64,000 nt of DNA. Source: Epiperipatus broadwayi (lineage: Eukaryota; Animalia; Onychophora). A program made the translations under genes and the position numbers. Shown here piece after piece: positions 57,233 through 64,000 of this stretch. Under the pieces are notes generated by a model. That model ran no database searches. It was not told the origin of the DNA and saw nothing but the letters and a program-made list of their open reading frames with translations. Each line of letters starts with the position of its first letter. Positions within the stretch are counted from its first letter, which is position 1. The stretch is taken from NCBI GenBank assembly GCA_028023455.1, contig JAQFVV010000003.1:2914001-2978000 (forward strand). Reading direction: 5' to 3'.

Positions 57233-58820
57233 ATATGATACCATTTCCAACCTTCTTATACACTTAACAATACTATTTTTACACCAAAACTTTACTCTTA
57301 CAGTTTCAACTGTCCTGCAGTCATCATCAGAGCTACAATATCCAAATATATAATCATAAACATGACATTTATATACATAATTAATAACATACATCTTAGT
57401 CTGACCATTATAAATAATCATTTTCCATTTTATTATTCTACTCTTAACTAATTTTATTTTCTTATTTATACTATTTTATTATTAAATTATTCTAAAACAA
57501 TTTTATTATAATTTTAAAACTTTAATCTTTAAACTTACTATTTAATTTATCATTTTATTATCTTTTTAGTTATATTTTCTTAATTACTTTTAAATTTTCT
57601 TTATTTTTATTATATATTTAAGTATCAGCTTTTTTACATTATAAATTACGTTTTTATTACATTATTAAATACTTATATTTTTATAATCCTATTTCTAAAA
57701 ACCAACTGACAAATTTTCAAAAATTCTTACACTTGTTTAACAACTCCTTCTATCATCATTTTCTTCAACTTTATTTTTAAACCTTTTTATATTCAAACTA
57801 TTATTAATAATAATAATAACTATAATTATTCATAAAATTATTGTCTTTACCCAAAAATCCCCATTAAGATTTTGGTTTTATATTTTTTTTCAATATTGCC
57901 TCTTTAATTTTCCTATTCCTTCCTTCTATTACTTGTATAATTAATCATTTTTATACCCTCCTTCTCAAACCTATGACCTATTTCTAATGAATGGGGATAA
58001 ATAGGTGATCGCTTATCATATTTATGTTGAACTAATATTGTATAAATTGAATTCTTTGTCTCACCTACATAATTAGTTTTTACATTTTTACTTTTACGTG
58101 ACTTACATTCACTTTTATATACACCATTTATACATTTTTCTACTTTTCTTACAAATATATTTTTCCTTCTTTTATTTACTATCTTAAAGTTTATTACATT
58201 ATTAAACTTTTTATTAATTTTAATAATTATTTTATTCATCCTTTTTACAATTTTATTATTATAAGTTCCAATACCCATATGTTCATTCTTATCTATTTTA
58301 TCTTTTCTACATACTATCTCTTTATTTTTATTAAATTTTTCTTTCTCTGGATATTCATTACCTTTAAACTCTATAATTATCAATTCTATCCATTTACTAT
58401 AATCTTCTTCATCTGAGCAATAATTCCTAGTTATATATATATAATATAAATAAAATGTCTGTTGATTAGAACAAAATTGTAATCATAATAAAAGTAATAA
58501 ATATAATGGTAAAAACAACTATTATAAATAGTCTTTCAATCCACAGAAATACTTTCAGTCATTTTTTTAAACCTGCCTCAACTACCATTAAATTCAATTA
58601 AATAGCAGTTGAGGCAGGTTTAAGAAATTAACCAAAAATACTTCTGCGGATTGAAAGACTGTTTATAATAGTTTATTACCATTATATTTATTATTTATAT
58701 ATTTGGATATTGTCACTCTGATGATGACTGCAGGACAGTTAAAACTATAAGAGTAAAGTTTTGGTGTAAAAAATTGTATTGTTAAGTATATAATAAAGTT
58801 GGAAATGGTATCATATGTGT
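57233..58820 (-). mobile_element. 5'-truncated Penelope-like element with pseudo-LTR and inverted pseudo-LTR copy
   Basis: ORF 57913-58383 carries GIY-YIG-like NYVGETKNSIYTILVQH..IYPHSLEIGHRF. Segment 57233-57352 is the reverse complement of 58697-58820. Hammerhead motif at 57294-57335. Confidence 0.85.
58499..58689. repeat. ~190-bp foldback palindrome
   Basis: ~85-bp arms including TTAAACCTGCCTCAACT/AGTTGAGGCAGGTTTAA and AGTCTTTCAATCC/GGATTGAAAGACT. Confidence 0.8.
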
Positions 58821-60189
58821 ATATATAGATATTTTAACAGGCGAACCTCAGTATCAATTACAACATCTGCACAAAATAGATATGTTTAAAAATGGATATG
58901 TAGACCTCACGGGATAACAAATATAAAACTATGGCTGTTTAGTCACCATAACACCTGTAAGCAGTATTTGAACACTATCTACCATATCAAATTCAAATAT
59001 GAATCAATTTTCTTGAAGAAATTTTATAAGTAGAACTTATATATATCATGTGCATATCCTATATCAGGATGTGAGTCAGGAATTTTCCGCAGTGGCCACT
59101 ATTTCATCAGTAAAACAAACAAAAAAAAAATCTTCGGGAAAAAGTATATTTATAACATCAGATAGCAACCGACCTCAAGCGCCAATCTCACTAATACAGA
59201 AAAAATTATACTTTCCCTAATATTCTAAATGATCTTAAAATACCTCTAATCAGCTGCCTGACCCTAACTAGCTTTATCTCAGGGCTGGGAGTACCGAAAC
59301 CTGTCAGATGAATAGATAATATATGGCGAAATTTGCATATATGAATGATCTTTTCCCCCTCTTTCTATGTCTCTCAAACTATGCATTCATTCCATTAATA
59401 AGCAATAAAATTTTATCAAAGTTAAGGTTCGAGTTTAAAATATATTTAATATAGGCACCTACTCATATGGGATGTATTTAGCTACTTTTGTGAGGTATAT
59501 TGACAGGAAAAGAGAAATAGGCAGGCATAAACGATAAATCTATTCACTAATATTCATTACAGTTTCAAAGTAAGTACACAATTTTATTCTTTATTATTTT
59601 ATTAAATTAAATATTTATAAAAATATATATAATTCACATATCAAAATCTAACAAAGGAAAAACAAAATTTACTAAATATAATAGATCATATAAATATGGA
59701 GTAGAATGTAAAAGAATACAGTTATACAATACAGTTCAATAAATATTTCAATAATGAATAAGCATTTTTGAGGGTAATGATATGCAAATCTAAGTTCACT
59801 TAATGCAAAGAAAATTATATTTATCTTCAGGAACTCGGGATTTTAATAAAGATAAGTTTGCTTCTATGTAAGTTTACGTCATTCTGAGTTAGTCATCCAA
59901 AAGAAGAAATATATATATATTTTGTTGGAGAAATGAAAATTTCTGCTATTGGCATAAGTCTGGAACGAGCGTCCATTTAGTAGCATTAATTGAAAACAAA
60001 GAATAATGATGAGGGTGATTAACAAGTATTTTAATGGAAGTTTGATCAGCATCTGAGGTTCAACATTTTTCTTTTTCTCTCTGAGTTATTTTGGACAGTG
60101 GATCTGTAAGGTCCTTTAGGTTCTTTGCAGGAACATATGTATCTAGTTTTTACCCCATCATAAGCAGATGTCCACTTCATCTTATACAA

Positions 60190-60300
60190 CCAAAACACAT
60201 GACAACATACATGTGAAAAACATAAAAGACCTCCAATATCACTTATCTGTTGATCCAAATCACCATCTCTCACACATATATACAATCAGTACTTAGTTTA
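60190..60300 (-). repeat. Family 2 copy lacking the ribozyme core
   Basis: Minus strand GATTGTATATATGTGTGAGAGATGGTGATTTGGATCAAC...TTTTTCACATGTATGTTGTCATGTG aligns with 54893-55010 and 60685-60800. Confidence 0.65.
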
Positions 60301-60684
60301 TATTAAGATATCAAAGCTTCAAACTTTAATGGACAATCTTAAATCTTCTTTATCCTCCAATTCTTCAATCATTCATATCATTAAAAATCTGAGGATAAAA
60401 TAGACCATACTGATTCCAATATTATTGCCATATCTATGTTAACACTAAGTCACTCTGACCTCTCACATCCCTCTTCTGTGTATTTAAATAAACATATTAA
60501 GGTCCTATATGTGAGGGATTAGATTGACTTAAAGTCAATATGAGTATGGCAATAATATTGGCATTAACAAGGACTTTGAGTGTTCCATCATTGGATTTTC
60601 AATGATATGGATGGCTGAAGAGTTGGAGAGTAGAGAAGATTGAAGTTTGTCAATTAAAGGTGAAGATTTACTATCTTAATATTG

Positions 60685-60800
60685 TATATGTATGTGGAAG
60701 ATGGTGATCTGGACCAACTGAAATGTTGGTTCAGCATGAAATACATGTATTGCAGATCATTTATCTTTTTCATATGTATGTGGTCATGTGTATCAGTTGT
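60685..60800 (+). mobile_element. Family 2 copy with hammerhead-like motif (60713-60753)
   Basis: ACCAA-CTGAAA-TGTTG gtt CAGCA t-GAAA-TACATGTA-TTG; palindromic helix III region; one core nucleotide is missing. Confidence 0.62.
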
Positions 60801-61009
60801 ATAAGATGGATTGGATATATGTAGGGAGCTTGAAAGTTTGAGTTTAAGTTCTGCCTAATTACATTAAATTTAGTATAGATAATATGCATGTAATTAAATA
60901 TTATATATATTAATATAAGTGCTGAATTGACAAGAACAATAAAAGTTTCAAAAAAATAAAACATCTTGACATTGGAAAAAAAGAATGTTTCAGTATTAAG
61001 ATGAAAAGA

Positions 61010-61330
61010 TGGTACAGAAACTAAAAATAGGGATGACATAATGAACAGTGTAGAAAAAATCTACAAAGAACTATATAGTAATAGGAAACAAAATATCCAC
61101 TAGAAATATGAGATGTTTAAACTGTCAAATATTTAAATAAAGAAATTTTAAACCTATGAAGAGTGGTTTTAAGTCCATGAAGAGTGGAAAGCTTCCAAAA
61201 ATGACGAAATCATTAGATTTTTTTTTTAAAAAGCAGATATGGAGAAATTAAAGCTATATAACAAATGTCTAAATGATTAAGATAATCCACATAATTAGAA
61301 TATTGATATAGCAAAATTAATATTTAAAAA
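61010..61330 (+). mobile_element. Decayed RTE-like LINE ORF fragment
   Basis: RDDIMNSVEKIYKELYSN, KSMKSGK and KLYNKCL resemble the segment just upstream of the LINE RT domain. Confidence 0.55.
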
Positions 61331-61420
61331 AAAAAAAAACACAAACAAGTCAAACACTGTTATCCTAAAGTATTTGTTTTTGGGCTCTTTTCCTATGAAA
61401 AAAGTTTAAAGATTTTCCAA

Positions 61421-61493
61421 GCGTTTGGTGGCTTAGTGGTTAACATAGCTGCCTTCCAAGCAGCTGGCCCAGGTTCACTTCCCCATCAACGCA
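61421..61493 (+). pseudogene. tRNA-Gly(TCC) pseudogene
   Basis: GCGTTTGGTGGCTTAGTGGTTAACATAGCTGCCTTCCAAGCAGCTGGCCCAGGTTCACTTCCCCATCAACGCA. Anticodon arm is intact, but the T-stem is broken, the B-box is mutated and the acceptor strand has an extra T. Confidence 0.88.
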
Positions 61494-62026
61494 TTTGAGA
61501 CATGGAAAAAAAAAAGTTTAAGAATTTGAATAAACTTATTTGAATAATTATAATGATAAAAAGGACAAAATATTTAAAAAGTATTCCTGTACTTGCTACT
61601 TTAAAAAGATTATTAATTTTAAAAAAATAATAATTTTATATGAAATAAATTAAACGCATCAGACAAAAAATTAAATTCATTACTTCCTAACCAATTATTT
61701 CTTTTTATCACAGCACCTATATACTGTTTGGCATTAAATTAAGTTTTTGGAAACTCTGAAAATATGCTATATGTTTCAGAGACTTTTCCTAAATAATGAT
61801 AATAAAGGGCAAGTACAACTTCACCAATACTTATAGTTTTATCATAATGATATTAGAGAAACATAGTAAAGAAAAGCTTGAAATTTTGTTTTCATGATAT
61901 TTTTTTTAATCTATCAATTTTGCATTTAGAAATCTGATATATAACATTGCCAATCTGATTAGCAGTGACAGTAGTAGTTCTTTTAGAGTTATTTTTATAT
62001 CCACCTAGTTCTGTAAAAGTATTAAA

Positions 62027-62397
62027 ACAGGCAAAACTCTCTATACATATTGCCACTCAATGCAAGCCAGAGAAATCAATGGATGCCAGAAGGCTTGTGC
62101 ATAAAATCCCCATCTAGTGTCTACTCATCCAATATCCCCAGACTAGTTTCTGGCTTGTGGCCTTCATCAGTGAGGAATCTTGGATCTGAGAGTACTGCAC
62201 CTAGATCTTAGGATCTAATGCAACCCTCCAGCAGCCACCTTTTATCTCTACTTAACTACAAAACTATGAGACTTAAATTGAAAACACCATAATATTTTCA
62301 ATCCAAACTCATCTGGCAATATGTATAAAGTTTTGCCTGGTTTAATAACAGTTAAGAGCAAGCAAAAGAAATGGTGATCATGTGCTGTTTATTGGTT
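62027..62397 (-). mobile_element. Family 1 repeat with the best-preserved hammerhead (62127-62185)
   Basis: Minus strand ATCCAA gat TCCTCA-CTGATGA-aGGC cacaa GCCa-GAAA-CTAGTC-TGGGGA ta TTGGAT. The leader lies at 62357-62397, separated by ~130 bp of other sequence. Confidence 0.88.
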
Positions 62398-62742
62398 CTG
62401 TAAAAGTAACCACAGCTTTCTTCATATTATAAATTTTTGTTTCACCATGGCCCTCCCCACTTTTCTTTTCTGGCACCATCAAGTGAATTGTACAATTTCG
62501 GGATCTTTGGTAAATAAATTTGACTATAAAGATCATTGCTAGTTTTGTTTCACTTTGATTGAATTGCTTTCAATAATCATGAAGGATATAAATAATGACA
62601 GCTTCTTTATTAATTTTGTGTTTTCAAATATAATTGATTTTTTTTTTTTTTTTACAGAAAAATATCTATTTATTATTTTTAAAACAGAGACTTCTTTAAA
62701 GAAATAATAATAAAATAAACTTCTTAATAATGCTAATATTCA

Positions 62743-62925
<183 letters not shown>

Positions 62926-64000
62926 TTATATATTTCAGGGTAAAAGAAAATAATAAATGTTATTATATTCTAACATACATTCTGTGTACATATTGTATTT
63001 TAGAATTTAATAAATTAGGAAAACTCCATAATATAATTGAAATATAATAAACTATATGTAATTATATAATAATCTAAAAATTTTACAAGCACAGTGTTTA
63101 AACTGTAAATATGTAGAAGGTAATCAAACCCACACCAGCACAGTTAAACAAGATTTTAAAACTGCAAGGTTTGATTACTTTCTATATAGTTGTAAGTAAT
63201 TATAAAAAAGCTTCTTAAATGAAGAAAATGTATTTCCATTCACGGGTTTAAGATATAACATTTACTTGGAAAAGGATACTCTTCTTGGAAAATACACTAA
63301 GATTACATTAATGTTATTTAATAACTGAAATACAGGCTTATTATATACCTGTATCAATATATGTAATATATAGGGTATATGAGCACAGACTTGAGATAGA
63401 GTAGAAAGTGGTGGATTAACATTATTTATATTTTTCTCTGCTTAAAAAGCATTTTTTTTTTATAATTGCATGTAGATTATTTTAGAATTTAGTACTAAAT
63501 AAACAGAAAGCTTAAACTATAAAATTTATAAAAACGATCACACATTAATCTTTCTAATATCATTATATACTGTGTATAGTATTTTTAACCAATATAACAA
63601 GAGTTGAGTTACGTAGATACCACTACTTTTAGTGTCATCTATCTTTATTACACATTAGTAAGTAATGGATGACAACGTCATCATTTTTTGCATCCTTTTA
63701 CGGTTTCTAATATTGAGTCTTTATCTAGGCAAAATATTTGCTAGACTAAAAAATGTACTATTCAGTAATTTTATTAATTATTAGTTAAACTGAAAATTTT
63801 AATTTAAGAATAATTTTAAATATCTATTAACTGTTTAATTTTTCTATAAATTATTCATGAATAAGTCATATATATTTTGAAAGTAAAACAATGAGGTGTG
63901 TGTTGTTGTTAATAAAAAGGTTTTAAAGATAGTGATAATAAGTAAAATATATTTATTCATGAACTTAAAGAGCATTTGGTTTTTAAATCAATTTTCTAAG

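Noticed and set aside
58830-59400. GC-richer patch (also 100-300, 51590-51690 and 53690-53900)
   Set aside because: Probably old repeat fragments, but no termini, TSD, second copy or recognisable peptide was found.
60046-60285. ORF as a LINE endonuclease fragment (GDLD, KWT motifs)
   Set aside because: The DNA aligns with the non-coding family 2 repeat, so the motifs are coincidental.

Overview
Very AT-rich animal (invertebrate-type) genomic DNA. The window is almost entirely the 3' half of one minus-strand copine gene (CPNE5/8-like vWA domain): 7 small GT-AG exons (62744-62896, 53097-53172, 37177-37304, 30783-30888, 23629-23686, 15037-15110, 1534-1731 with stop) that splice in frame across 6-16 kb introns. 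The introns hold many mobile elements: a complete but decayed Ty3/gypsy (Mag-like) LTR element with TSD, PBS and PPT; hAT/Charlie and Merlin deletion derivatives; a 9-bp-TSD TIR element; foldback MITEs; a tRNA-derived SINE; Penelope-like and other LINE remnants; a degenerate minisatellite; and a tRNA-Gly pseudogene. The most notable signal not shown by the ORF track is a set of about 13 type I hammerhead-ribozyme motifs in four sequence families. One is a dispersed ~250-300 nt non-coding retrozyme-like repeat with covarying helix II and an enclosing inverted repeat. Several motifs with intact catalytic cores lie in the sense orientation of the copine pre-mRNA. All calls are by eye; no database searches were run.
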